Shown: positions 48,668 to 61,444, numbered from the whole stretch's first letter. The stretch is DNA of 63,608 bases, filler included, from Octopus bimaculoides (GCF_001194135.2; 8 parts of 7 records of this genome joined end to end with filler, not necessarily neighbours in it); one strand, 5' to 3'. Notes: generated by a model not told the origin, from the letters alone. A program made the numbers and translations.

Positions 48668-49656
48668 NNNNNNNNNNNNNNNNNNNNNNNNNNNNNNNNN
48701 NNNNNNNNNNNNNNNNNNNNNNNNNNNNNNNNNNNNNNNNNNNNNNNNNNNNNNNNNNNNNNNNNNNNNNNNNNNNNNNNNNNNNNNNNNNNNNNNNNNN
48801 NNNNNNNNNNNNNNNNNNNNNNNNNNNNNNNNNNNNNNNNNNNNNNNNNNNNNNNNNNNNNNNNNNNNNNNNNNNNNNNNNNNNNNNNNNNNNNNNNNNN
48901 NNNNNNNNNNNNNNNNNNNNNNNNNNNNNNNNNNNNNNNNNNNNNNNNNNNNNNNNNNNNNNNNNNNNNNNNNNNNNNNNNNNNNNNNNNNNNNNNNNNN
49001 NNNNNNNNNNNNNNNNNNNNNNNNNNNNNNNNNNNNNNNNNNNNNNNNNNNNNNNNNNNNNNNNNNNNNNNNNNNNNNNNNNNNNNNNNNNNNNNNNNNN
49101 NNNNNNNNNNNNNNNNNNNNNNNNNNNNNNNNNNNNNNNNNNNNNNNNNNNNNNNNNNNNNNNNNNNNNNNNNNNNNNNNNNNNNNNNNNNNNNNNNNNN
49201 NNNNNNNNNNNNNNNNNNNNNNNNNNNNNNNNNNNNNNNNNNNNNNNNNNNNNNNNNNNNNNNNNNNNNNNNNNNNNNNNNNNNNNNNNNNNNNNNNNNN
49301 NNNNNNNNNNNNNNNNNNNNNNNNNNNNNNNNNNNNNNNNNNNNNNNNNNNNNNNNNNNNNNNNNNNNNNNNNNNNNNNNNNNNNNNNNNNNNNNNNNNN
49401 NNNNNNNNNNNNNNNNNNNNNNNNNNNNNNNNNNNNNNNNNNNNNNNNNNNNNNNNNNNNNNNNNNNNNNNNNNNNNNNNNNNNNNNNNNNNNNNNNNNN
49501 NNNNNNNNNNNNNNNNNNNNNNNNNNNNNNNNNNNNNNNNNNNNNNNNNNNNNNNNNNNNNNNNNNNNNNNNNNNNNNNNNNNNNNNNNNNNNNNNNNNN
49601 NNNNNNNNNNNNNNNNNNNNNNNNNNNNNNNNNNNNNNATATATATATATATATAT

Positions 49657-51026
49657 AATGTATAGCTGTTAAATGGGCAAGTAGATAAGTTTTAAACAAT
49701 GGCACGTAGAAAACTGGTTTAAAAAAGATACACTTGTATGGAAAAATGACGTAAGCAGGGTACATTCACTCAGCTGGGAACAAAGCTGACATGTATCCAG
49801 ATATTCAAAATATTGCTTTGGTTTAATGGTTGTACACGTCAGTATTTGCAGACAATGTGAGATCGAATCGCAAGGACAGCCTTGAGTTGTTTCAATCGAC
49901 CCCGTACTGTATGCGATACTGTATACGGTATTATTTATAGGTTTATCGCGTTTGAGTTCCACTTTTAATAAGGATTTATTTCATATCTCTTGAAGTTTCT
50001 CAATATTCATTATTTATGAATGTATGTATCTATGTATATGTGTATGTGTTTATGCGTGTTTGTGTGTGTGTGTGTGTATGTGTGTGTGTGTGTGTATGTG
50101 CGTATGCATCTGTTTATATGCGTACTTAGACATGCACAGATATTTAAGCACATACTGAGCATTTACACACTTACATGTATACACGTGTACATGCATATAC
50201 ATACATAACTGTATATGTATGTGTGAGTGTGTGTTGTATGTGTGTGTATGTGTTTGTATGCGTTATAGGCTTTCAAAATTGAACGAAATTTCATTGAACA
50301 CTTATGAGAATTTCAAATACTGTATAGATATTCATATTTATACTAAATCATATTGTCCTGTATACCCACCTGATCATTTAGACTAAAGTGGTGAATTGGG
50401 GTAACCGCATCTCAATAAAGCCGATTGCCATTAAACAATAATTGAACCTTGTTCTTATTTGTCAATTTCGTTGACAAATGTGTAAACATTTAGTATGATG
50501 ATTACTCGATATAATAGACACTGCGAGATGCATCTGTCACAATGAATCGTTACATTTTTATTTTGTTAAAAATTCAACTATCATGGAACATTTTTAATAT
50601 GTAATAATTTTAAATGTGCTATTAAATGTTCCAGTGCCTGAAATAGTATGATATTTCAGTTTTCTTTTTAAAGCAATATTTCTCAATTAATTTCTTCTGG
50701 TGAACGCCAATAGCCATTTGACGTTTAACGATTAGTTTTATGGATATTTCTTTCAACATTTCTATTTTGTTTTCCATGTATTCACTTGTGTAGGATTGCA
50801 ATAGCAATCTCCGAGGGGACATATTTAAGTTTTCGGAGACATATCAAACTATGTAAAACACTAAGGAAAGAAACACAGCTGTTTCTTGCGTTAAAAATGT
50901 CTAAAGCAAAAGTTATGTATGACCCTTATAATGTATAGCTGTTAACTGGTGAACTGGATAAAGTTTTATACAATGGCATGTAGAATATTGGTTTTAAAAA
51001 GATACACATGTATCGAAAAATGACGT
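49657..51026 (+). repeat. About 96-bp diverged direct repeat (49657-49752 and 50930-51026)
   Basis: aatgtatagctgttaa...acaatggca.gtagaa...aaaaagatacac.tgtat.gaaaaatgacgt occurs twice. Confidence 0.85.
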
Positions 51027-51584
51027 GGATCCCAAATTTACTATTTTTTTCTGAGTGAACCACAGAAGCTCGTATGAACCGTTGAGAGTCACTGCTATAA
51101 AAGTTAATGGTGTCTGACGTTAATGTATCGGGGGTAAGGTTACGTTTTTTTCTTGAATGTTCCACTTTACATTATAGAGTTCACTTAGTTGCTTCTCTAG
51201 AACTTCAAGTTCAAATACTACAATGACGTTTGTATTTAGCTCTCATTTGTCTTGAACGATATTGCACAGCAAAGGTATCGGTCTTTCGAGTCATTAGCCG
51301 AAAGTCCTACGTAATTATTCCGTAAAGTGAGGCATATGGTTATTGTAATCTGATAGTCTAGTGAAAGAGTAACACTTCAAGAATTGTCCTCGACCCATTC
51401 TCAGTGGTTTCCTCCATCTATAGGTTGCTGGTAAATACTATATAATTTCTGTATATGGTAAGGTATATAGAAATTAACTGAGCTTGTCGCTCAAACATTG
51501 TTGAAAATGTGATGTAATTAAACACTACATCAACAACATATTCACAACAAAACTCTACAAAAATATGCTATTTCACTTTTCCAG

Positions 51585-51645
51585 GGAACCGTCCGTTTCA
51601 ACAGAGGAGATCGAGTAGGCGGTATTCTCTTTGAACAATTTCAAG
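51585..51645 (+). CDS. GABBR2: Internal coding exon (61 bp, phase 0 to phase 1) of a GABA-B receptor subunit-2-like class C GPCR; exact paralogue uncertain
   Basis: Acceptor tttcacttttccAG and donor CAAG|GTAAGT. Open frame GTVRFNRGDRVGGILFEQFQ(G/D) has 11/20 identities to human GABBR2 [20 protein letters not shown] as recalled from memory; I recall that segment is also a 61-bp exon. No flanking exons found in the sequenced bases. Confidence 0.75.
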
Positions 51646-53561
51646 GTAAGTGGGAAATCAATATTTCAAATATTATACAGGGAATGATAGTGTATTATTT
51701 ATCCACTCATGAAAACAACAGAGTGGCATATCTAACTCATATTCAGATTTATGAAAAGATAATATCAAAATATGAGAATATCATTTTTGTTTAAGTATGC
51801 ATTTGTTTGGTTTTTTTTGTGAATCTGATTAGGTTTTGTATATATGTTGATGTATGCCCGTTTCTATGTATGAGTGTATGTTTGTGAGTATAAATAATCA
51901 GTGTATGTATGTATTGATGTTATATGCCTGTGTGTATACATAACAAAGTAGTTAAACTATTGTGGAGTAAATACTAATCCACATCGATGAATACATAATT
52001 TTCCCCTTATTTCTCTCATAGACCGAAATAAGCATATGAATATTCTTACGTATCTACATACATGAGCAAACAGGTATTCATGGATGTGCTACTATATAAA
52101 TATGGCTGTGTATGTGTGCGTGCGCGCGAACGTGTGCGTGTGTGTGTTCACGAACATAAACACACGCACATAAGCACACAAATATTCATTCATATTTGCA
52201 CATAAGTTTGAATTATGTTAATGAGAAACGTATTGAACTAAGAGACGGTGATACGATTTGAAGGAAATGTTACAATATAGTGATTTAAAATATACTGATA
52301 GTTTTCTTGAAGCATTAGGAATGCATTTGATACACCTATAAATAAATGAATATGACATACGTTTAGACTCACGCAGACACAAACACACATACACACAGTC
52401 TCCCTCTCTCTCTCTTAAACACACACATGCATATACAAAGATAGACATACGATATATATTTATGCGTCGTCATATATTTGTATCTTGAGTTATATATCAA
52501 TATATATATATATATATATATATATNNNNNNNNNNNNNNNNNNNNNNNNNNNNNNNNNNNNNNNNNNNNNNNNNNNNNNNNNNNNNNNNNNNNNNNNNNN
52601 NNNNNNNNNNNNNNNNNNNNNNNNNNNNNNNNNNNNNNNNNNNNNNNNNNNNNNNNNNNNNNNNNNNNNNNNNNNNNNNNNNNNNNNNNNNNNNNNNNNN
52701 NNNNNNNNNNNNNNNNNNNNNNNNNNNNNNNNNNNNNNNNNNNNNNNNNNNNNNNNNNNNNNNNNNNNNNNNNNNNNNNNNNNNATATATATATATATAT
52801 ATATATATACACTCACACAATTAAATATGTAATTTATGAAAAGAAATCTGGCGTGCATCCACAACTTTTACAATTGTCACTATAAACTTGTTGAGAATTC
52901 ATTAGTTGTATACGCCACGTGACACGCAGCTCCAAGTTGCAAGCTATTCAAAATATGCGTCTTCAACATTCACCAAACATCCTGTCTATGACATATCGCT
53001 ATTAAAATCATCGGCGTCACCAAACTAGCGGAGACGTTTCCAAGTTTTCCGTAACCAGGCTTTTGATATAGAAAAGAATGAAAACAATGACGAAGGTGAA
53101 CCGTACTTTATATTTGCTGACACAATATGCATTAATGAACTTCATTGACCATGCTGAAATTTTGACTGAAGATCTACAGTTTCAGTTCATCATAAGCTGT
53201 ATATTACTGCAAGCATCATATCGAGGTTTTAAGGAAATTAATTATTTGGAATTCAATATTCCAGTGCAGATGGTCTAAAAATATTTCCATTTTGCATTTC
53301 AATTAAGCAATACATTGTGAGACAAAATAATACTATTATATTTTCCTGTGAAACAGATACGGTACATATTCTATGCTCATTTATATATTTTTCTTTTCAA
53401 CGATCATAATATAGGTTTCAAATTCTTATACATTGATGAATNNNNNNNNNNNNNNNNNNNNNNNNNNNNNNNNNNNNNNNNNNNNTTAATTAATTAANNN
53501 NNNNNNNNNNNNNNNNNNNNNNNNNNNNNNNNNNNNNNNNNACATTTTGCTAATTTCTATT

Positions 53562-53845
53562 TCAAGACCTTTATATTTGCTCAGTTTTTGGTAGGTCTTG
53601 ACAGATACGTTTATATCGATTGGGACAGTCATATCAATGAGGAGGCATGATTTTTGTCTGAAGTCTTTCAGTATGATGTCTGGCCTATTTGCGTCTATCT
53701 TTCTGTCAGTTTGAATGGTGAAGTTCCAGAGGAGTGTAATGTGATCATTTTCAAGTACTGGGGGTGGTTTGTGTTCCCACCAGTTTTTATCATGGGGCAA
53801 GTCCAGGTTTTTGCATATTACCCAGTGAATATATTGTGCAGCTCT
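53562..53845 (-). mobile_element. R4/Dong-type LINE REL fragment, same family as 37546-38404
   Basis: KNWWEHKPPPVLENDHITLLWNFTIQTDRKIDANRPDIILKDFRQKSCLLIDMTVP...KYKGLEIEISKM. Confidence 0.9.
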
Positions 53846-53890
<45 letters not shown>

Positions 53891-54078
53891 TTCTTTGCAC
53901 AGCTTCTAACACTGGAGATGTACTGTGGTGTCAGCTGTTCACAACCAGTGAACTAAGGTAACACCTCTTATTTTTCGAGCACCTTCCGGAGTATTCGAGC
54001 GGTTCCAAGCAGTGCTGTTTTCTGCAAGTGCTCCACCCTTATTGCAGTCCCTATTTGTTCCACGTACTTCTCAAGATA
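53846..54078 (-). mobile_element. 3' end of a second REL-type LINE with a (GAT)n tail
   Basis: LEKYVEQIGTAIRVEHLQKTALLGTARILRKVLEK*, then UTR and a (GAT)n run at about 53846-53890. Confidence 0.8.
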
Positions 54079-54109
54079 TTATTATTATTATTATCAATTG
54101 GTATCATTT

Positions 54110-54147
<38 letters not shown>

Positions 54148-54225
54148 TGTATTGGTAGTGGTGGTGCTGATGGTGGTTGTGGTGGTTTTTCTATGGTCGT
54201 CTGGTAGAGTCTAATTGTTGTGATA

Positions 54226-55284
54226 TAGGATCATCATACTCTGCTTCATTTTCTACAATGCTCTTCCGCCTTTCCGGTAGACTTGCAAGGCCCCTCTTCC
54301 GAAATTCACTTGTCCGTGATGAAAAATACTCTTCCAGTACTGTTCTGACCTCGTCTACAGAATTCATATTTTTTCCGTCCAAATGATTTTGAAGACTGCG
54401 GAATAAATGATAATCAGATGGGGCAATGTCCAGCGAATATGGTGGGTGGGACATCGTTTCCCATTCAAACTGCTCCAGTCTTTGGAATGTCATCCTCACT
54501 GTATGATGGAAGAACACCTTTCGTCTTGAAACCAAACAGATAACACCACCTTACGTGGGTGAAGACCTTCTTTAGCCTGGGGTGCCGGTGTTTCTCCTTT
54601 CCCTATCCACTGTCTTCGGTTCTTGACATTTTTATAGAGAACCCATTTCTCATCACCAGTCACTATTCAGTCCAAAAAAGGTTCATTTGTAAGACATGAC
54701 AGCAAAGAAGTGCACACATGTGTGATTAGACTCGGAAAGTTTGCGAGGAACCCATTGACCCAATTTTCTGACTTCTCCAATGTCACGCAGGTATCAATGA
54801 ATGGTCGAATGATCAAATCCAAGCTTCCCTGCTAGTTCCTCAACAGTTACAATGGGATTTTGTTCCACCAGGGCTTGAAGAACATCCTCATTGAGCTCTA
54901 CAGATCTTCCAGGGCGAAGCATGTCTTCTAGGCTGTAATTTCCAGCTTGGAATTTCTGGAACCAACATTGACACTGGCTTACATTTGTTGTCCGATCCCC
55001 ATATACTGTATTAATATTCCTCACACTTTCCGTTGCGTTGTTCCCTTTATTGAACTCATAAAGCAAAATATGCTGAATATGCTCCTTTGTTACTTCCATT
55101 ACAGCTTTGAAAAAAATAACTGTTAAAATCGAACTGCACTCTTCAAAACTTGCACTAAGAATAAGTACATGGTAAAATTACTACCTGCTTTTATAGCAAG
55201 TTGATGCAGGTAGTTTATCCAGTCCCCCCTCCGACTTTTAATTCATGCCACTAAAAAACCCACATTATTTATGGGATGACCCAA
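54226..55284 (-). mobile_element. Decayed mariner (DD34D) DNA transposon
   Basis: HTH N-terminus (HILLYEFNKGNNATES..), GQWVP, VTGDEKWVLY, HPPYSLDIAPSDYHLFRSL. 5' TIR ttgggtcatcccataaataatg with TA at 55285; remnant 3' TIR gatgatccta. Confidence 0.92.
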
Positions 55285-55317
<33 letters not shown>

Positions 55318-55769
55318 ATATATATACACCCCCCCACACATGTGTATGTATGTATGCATGAATATATGTATGTACATATGTACGTATGTATATTTGTGTG
55401 TGTGTCTATGTACATGTTACGTATGTATATAAACAACGATTTGAATAGAATATTTTGTTGCATTCAAAATTTTGTTGGATAATGAGCCAAATTCTTATTC
55501 AAGCAAAATAAAATTTGTAAAGAAATATCTTCCTTTGCATGTTTTATAAAAAGCGGGTGTGGCAAATAAAACCTTTTCTCTTTCCCTTTGAACTGGTGAC
55601 TGATTATTTATATTTTATTTGTTCTTCATTAATAGAAATAAACTCAAGTTCACTCAGTCAAGGTTGTACTCAATACTTACCATAAATACTTGCTTATTAT
55701 TTGTGACACCGCATTACAGTTGTTTTGATGTAAGGGTTGTTAAGAAATTTAATAAGACTCTTACATCAA

Positions 55770-56520
55770 AAATGCTATATGATCGTTTTGGATATGTAAT
55801 GTCATTGTGCATACACAACAGAGTGTAAGCATCCTGAGAGAAAAGTTGGACATAAGAAGCATCAGATGTGGTGTGCAAGAGAGATGACTGTGCTGGTATG
55901 GTCATGTGTTGCGTATGGATGAGGATAGCTGCGTGAAGAAGCGTCACACTGTTATGTCTCAAGCTACTGCTATCTAGCACCTTTGGATGATCTCTACTCA
56001 ACCGCTACACGACTGCTACTCAATGGCTATTCAAATCCTCTACCACGGCTAGACTACCTCTATTTATATGTCTTGGGTGATCCTACTTCTTCGCTTGGGG
56101 GCGTCAACATAACACACCCTAACAGTGAAAGGAACCAGTGGAAGGGGTAGGCCCAGGAAGACCTTGGATGAGGTGGTGAAGCATGACCTTCAAATGTTGA
56201 ACTTCTCAGAGGCAATGACAAGTGACCAAGACCTTTGGAGATATGCTGTGCTTGGGAAGACCTGGCAAGCGAAGTGAGACTATAGCTGTAGCCTAGGCCA
56301 GTGTCGTATAACCGGCCCATTTCAAAGTATCCTTCAATCGTCAGGCAATATGCTGTGCTTGAGAAAACCTGTTGAGTGAACTGAAACCGTTGTTGTGGCT
56401 GTTGCCAATACCACCTGACTGGTGTCCATGCTGGTGGTACATAAAGAGCACCATTCAAGTGTGGTCAATGTCAGTACCGCCTGACTGGCTCCTGTGCCGG
56501 TGGCGCATAAAAACCCTATA
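55770..56520 (+). mobile_element. RTE LINE RT C-terminus plus 3' UTR, interrupted by a 165-bp insert
   Basis: LREKLDIRSIRCGVQER*LCWYGHVLRMDEDSCVKK / GRGRPRKTLDEVVKHDL...DLWRYAV. Confidence 0.85.
55950..56114 (-). mobile_element. Solo-LTR-like insert (TG...CA ends)
   Basis: TGTTATG...CATAACA inverted ends, cac duplicated on both sides, minus-strand TATAAATAG; it splits an RTE coding frame. Confidence 0.55.
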
Positions 56521-57129
56521 CTCTAATTCGATAAATAATTTCATAAAAGTCAGTAAACTAGCATTTATCTTGCTTTGTTACTTCTTTCATTGCTCACATT
56601 CATGCAATTTCACCTTTTAACGGCTTGCATCATCATCATCATCATCATCATCATCGTCATCAGTTGGGCTTCTGCTGCTGATACAGTACTTCGGATTCTA
56701 GCTTGAATTTCAGCCTCTCAAAAGTAGTGTCCATGTAATAGTCGACCTTAAAAAGATTGTCTAAAACTTTCGACTTTTAGACGAGTATATACGGTATATC
56801 ATGTGTTTGTACGCGTGCGCTCACGTTTTATTATTTCAACTTTGTAATGCAGACTAAGGGACATAACTTATTTTTGTCTATTAAGAGTTATTGCCCTTGT
56901 TATTTCCTATTCTGCTTTTCCTCATTTTGTTGATGAACGATGTTATGTTTGTGAGTTTTATACCAAATAAAAACATATAAACCTGCAGAATCTCTTATCA
57001 AGACATGAAACTTGAGTTAACATGCTCAATCAGTGGTTTTTATTGCATCACACATACACACAACTCGATAATTTAGACATCATGCTATACATGATCAAAG
57101 GCTCTTTAGATGCAGTTGCTAGTTTCTGT

Positions 57130-57580
57130 TTCTTAGGCGAGGAGGATGTTCGGAGAGAATTATCGTTAAAGTGAGGAGGATAGTCTTAGAGAATAGTCAT
57201 TAAAGTAAGGTGTATAAAGTTCAAGGTGTTATTATCTCTGCTGACAACAAGCGGAGTCTCTATTCAAGCAATGGTTAGATTGTACAATGCTTGTGTACAA
57301 ACTGATGTATGATAAATCGACGTAGGCAGTGAATGCAGAAGATGCGCAAAGGTTGGAGAAAAATATAATATTTACGGTTGTGTAGATGTGAAATGCTAGT
57401 TTGATGAACGTCATGGCGTTAATGGAGAGAAAAGCTGGTTATAAAACTGAGTTGGTACGTAGGTGTAACCATATATGGCTGACGATAGTTGAGTAATGAA
57501 ATGCTAGGAGATCCAAATAAAAGAAAACTGTGGAAGAGGAAGATAATAAGCTGATCTTAGGATATTGAACATCACAGCTA
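57130..57580 (+). pseudogene. Older, highly decayed RTE RT C-terminal remnant
   Basis: LLSLLTTSGVSIQAMVRLYNACVQT..AVNAEDAQRLEKN resembles the RTE motif RLY.ACVR..ML.GSETW..T.EDM.RLE; ggaagagga (GRG) lies downstream. Confidence 0.6.
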
Positions 57581-57821
57581 GAAGAAATTTCCACAAGGCA
57601 CTTTGTCAACGATCCTATAAATCAACAACAACAACAATAATGGTTTCAAATTTTGGCCCATGGCCTGAAGTTTCATAAAACTTTTATGTAAGGCAAAATT
57701 GACTGAGCAAAGATATGAAATCAGTGTGTCAAGGGAGATAACTCAATACTGCAACACTTCATTCTTCGTGTAACAGGCTTCAGATTCTTTATCATTCATT
57801 ATAATAATCTTAAATCTCATA

Positions 57822-58120
57822 CTTGTCTCAGTCGTAAGACTGTGGCCATGCTGGGGTACCGACTTAAAGTGTTCAGTCAAACGAATCGATCCCAGTACTT
57901 CTTTTTTTTAAGTTGAGAGGATGTAAATAAACCAATGCAGGTTTTCAAACAGTAGTGGGAAAGAAGCAAACAAACGCATACGGCTTCTTTCAGTTTCCGT
58001 CTACCAGATCCACTCACAAGACTTTGGTGCACCCGGGGCTAGAGTAGAAGACATTTGCCTATAGTGCTGAACCGAAAACCACATGGATGGAAAGCAAGTT
58101 TCTTTACCGCACGGCCACAT
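57822..58120 (-). mobile_element. SINE family B copy with internal deletion
   Basis: Tail reverse complement at 57822-57905; head and core reverse complement (cttctttcagtttccgtctacc...agtagaagacatttgcc) at 57985-58120. Confidence 0.75.
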
Positions 58121-58179
58121 GGTCTCAGGTCAGTATATCTGTAGGAAAGTACCTATGTGGATTAAATAAACCTCAGTCG

Positions 58180-58874
58180 ATATTTCTACTGATTCTCTAC
58201 TGCTATTCTACTGTCTCTGCTGTCATTCAACTGATTCTCTACTGCTATTCTACTGTCCCTCTATAGTCTTTGCTGTTACTCTGCTGCCATTCTACTGATT
58301 TTCTACTGCTATTCTATTGTCCCTCTACAGTTTTTGCTGTTATTCTGTTAATCCTCTGCTGTCTTTCTACTGATTCTCTACTGCTATTCTACTGTCCCTC
58401 TACAGGCTTTGCTGTTATTCTGCTGATTTCCTGCTGTCATTCTACTGATTCTCTACTGCTATTCTACTGTCCCTCTACAGGCTTTTCTGTTATTCTGCTG
58501 CTATTCTACTGTCCCTCTACAGTCTTTGCTGTTATTCTGCTGATTTCCTGCTGTCATTCTACTGATTCTCTACTGCTATTCTACTGTCCCTCTACAGGCT
58601 TTGCTGTTATTCTGCTGATCCTCTGCTGCCATTCTACTGATTCTCTACTGCTATTCTACTATCCCTCTAGAGTCATTGCTGTTATTCTGTTAATCCTCTG
58701 CTGTCATTCTACTGCTATTCTACTGTCCCTCTACAGTCTTTGCTGTTATTATGTTAATCCTCTGCTGTCATTCTACTGATTCTCTACTGCTATTTTACTG
58801 TCCCTCTACAGTCTTTGCTATTATTCTGTTAATCCTCTCCTGTCATTCTACTGATTCTATACTGCTATTCTACT
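58180..58874 (+). repeat. Minisatellite with 75-bp higher-order unit built from ttctactg-like sub-units, running into a gap
   Basis: Unit ctactgattctctactgctattctactgtccctctacaggctttgctgttattctgctgatttcctgctgtcatt repeated about 8-9 times with variants. Confidence 0.92.
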
Positions 58875-58974
58875 NNNNNNNNNNNNNNNNNNNNNNNNNN
58901 NNNNNNNNNNNNNNNNNNTTAATTAATTAANNNNNNNNNNNNNNNNNNNNNNNNNNNNNNNNNNNNNNNNNNNN

Positions 58975-59365
58975 CCCCCCCCCCATCGCTTGGCAACCGA
59001 TGCTGGTGTGTTTGACGATCCCGTTAGTCTTCAGCAAAAGAGACCCACAGAATAAGTCTTGGGGCCGATTTGTTCGACTACAGGCTGTGTTCCAGCATGG
59101 CTGCAGTCAAATAACTGAAACAAGTAAAAGAATAACAGAAAAGACTAAAAGAATAAAAGAATATATATGTATGTATATTATATATATATATAGAGAGAGA
59201 CGATGAGCTTCCACGAAGTTTCCGTCTACCACATTTACTCACAAGGCTTTGTGTGGCTCGAAACTGTAGTAGCAGACACTTGCCGAAGGTGCTGCGCTGT
59301 AGGTCAAAATTAGAAAGTATAGGATCGCAAAGGGAGCTTCTGAACTACACAACCGTACTTGCGAC
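58975..59365. mobile_element. SINE family B 3' part (+, 58975-59165) and 5' part (-, 59200-59365)
   Basis: catcgcttggcaaccgatgctggtgtgttt...gaaacaagtaaaaga; tttccgtctaccacatttactcacaaggcttt...gacacttgccgaaggtgc. Confidence 0.75.
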
Positions 59366-61444
59366 TATGTGAGAAATTATGGGTTAAAAATTAACAGCTT
59401 TCATCATTTTTCAATAATATCTAACCTCGGAAACTTTGGCCAAATTTGGTCAGTGATTAATTAAAGAAATTAACTCAGGATTAAAAAGGCAGAGAAAAAT
59501 TAAAACAAAACAAACCAATACAAGAAAGCTTTCTGAGTGTATAAAGAAACAAATAATAATCAAATAGAAGATTCAAACACATATAAAATAAACTCAACTA
59601 TTAGCAACGAAAATGGTTGTCATTTACTCGGTGGGAAAAATGTTCTCTTTATTCGTGTATTTTTTTATTTGTTGTAGCTGTTGTTATTATTATTATTATT
59701 ATTTTGTTTTCCGCTAAATCTTGTATTTGGATGAACTGTAGAGAATTTAGTAGATACATTAGCTTGTATTGGACTTATTTTCCCAAGCCACTTAATTCCA
59801 ATGGTAAAAATTAGCGACAGTTCTGATCCAGGTGTCGTCTGTATGTGTGTTTTCTCGACGTTTAAAAGTGAAATAAAATAAAGAAAGAGGGTAAAGAAAA
59901 AAAAACATGTCGGACAAATAACCATCTATTTGTCTATCTAACCTTTGCATATATCTATTTACATTTTCTTTTTGCCATAGAAATAAAATAAAATAAAACA
60001 AGATAAAATAAAATACGAGTTTATTGATTTAGTAACGGGACTGTATTCTGAATATTTCTTGACACTATTTTTTGCTTTTTACTTCCTTTTTCGTTTTCGT
60101 CTTTTAATTTTCAATCACTCCAACACGACAAGCAGCAGCGCTACCATGACCACCACCACCACCACCTCCACCGCTGTCAACATCATCATCATTGTCACCA
60201 TCAGCAGCACTATCACGATCACCAACATTATGACGGTCGCCATCATCACCACCTTCACCAGCACTATTATATTAACCAGTAATATTACCATCACTATCGT
60301 CATCATCAATACTATCGTTATCACCAGCACCGAGCAATATAACAGTAAAGAGCCAAACGACCAGACTATTTTGAACCTTCAAGTATTTGCTCGACTTGCT
60401 ACAAATAACAGTCAATTAATCATCTTTCGACCTTTACACATACTACACTACTGTCAGGCTTCCATGTGGTCCCTCGACCGGTTAGAAATGGCTGCCAGCT
60501 GTCCCTCATATCACATTCTATTGTCTTAAATGAAACAGGCATGTTAGATAACGTGGTGTTAAGTTCCCTGTACACAGAGGAAAGTTGTGATGGTCACAGC
60601 GGGAATACTTTCAATCATGGATGTCCTCAATTCAGGTTTGATTTGGGCGAAAAAAAGAAACAAAAAAAGAAAAGTAGCATAACGACAAACACGACAACAG
60701 CGATAACAACAACAATAATTAACAACCATTACGATTGGATTTATAAATCTGAATAACTGAACCTACGTAAAAAGAACATATAAACAAGGCTGTCGCATAA
60801 CTGTGTGGTTAGAAACACACAAAGGTGCAACCCGCAGTAAATACACAAACCATACGTCTAGAACACTACATGAATCTCATGCATACTACCTAAGAATGGA
60901 TGATGAACGCATGTTTACAAAATTAAGAATAAAAATAAGCAAAACGTATACATTACACGTAACCTTATCGTTACAATATAATATATAATCATCAGAATTA
61001 AAATACTTTTCGTTAATATGAAAGCTTCAAGCTTGTAAACTACAGAACGTAGCTCAGACAACAAATGTAACTATGTATAATAACTATGTATAGTTTAATG
61101 TAAATATAGAAATTCTGAACTTCATGACTTAAAAAGCTGTTACATCAGACATACAAATACGGCACTGTTTCGTTGCATGACTATGCATTTACAACAAGAA
61201 TCCAGTACAACACATTATAATACAGTACACGAAATATAACTAGATAAACAAAGTAACATTAGCTCATTGCTCTATCATCTGGTAAAGAATTCTCTATTTT
61301 ATTGAATTCTTTTATTTCATTTTATTGAATTCTAAGACAGAGATTCATTATACAACTCTGTTAAAATGAGATAACCAAACAAGACGATATCCGTCACTCG
61401 ACCATAACATGGTACATGAAATGAAGAACCTTAATGATATAACG

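Noticed and set aside
17966-58930. Recurrent TTAATTAATTAA palindrome (7 copies) as a biological motif
   Set aside because: Always centred in exactly 44+44 Ns; it is an assembly spacer with six-frame stops.
60059-60529. 156-aa Thr/Ile-rich ORF
   Set aside because: Driven by (CAC/CAT)n low complexity and a downstream repeat tail; no domain features.
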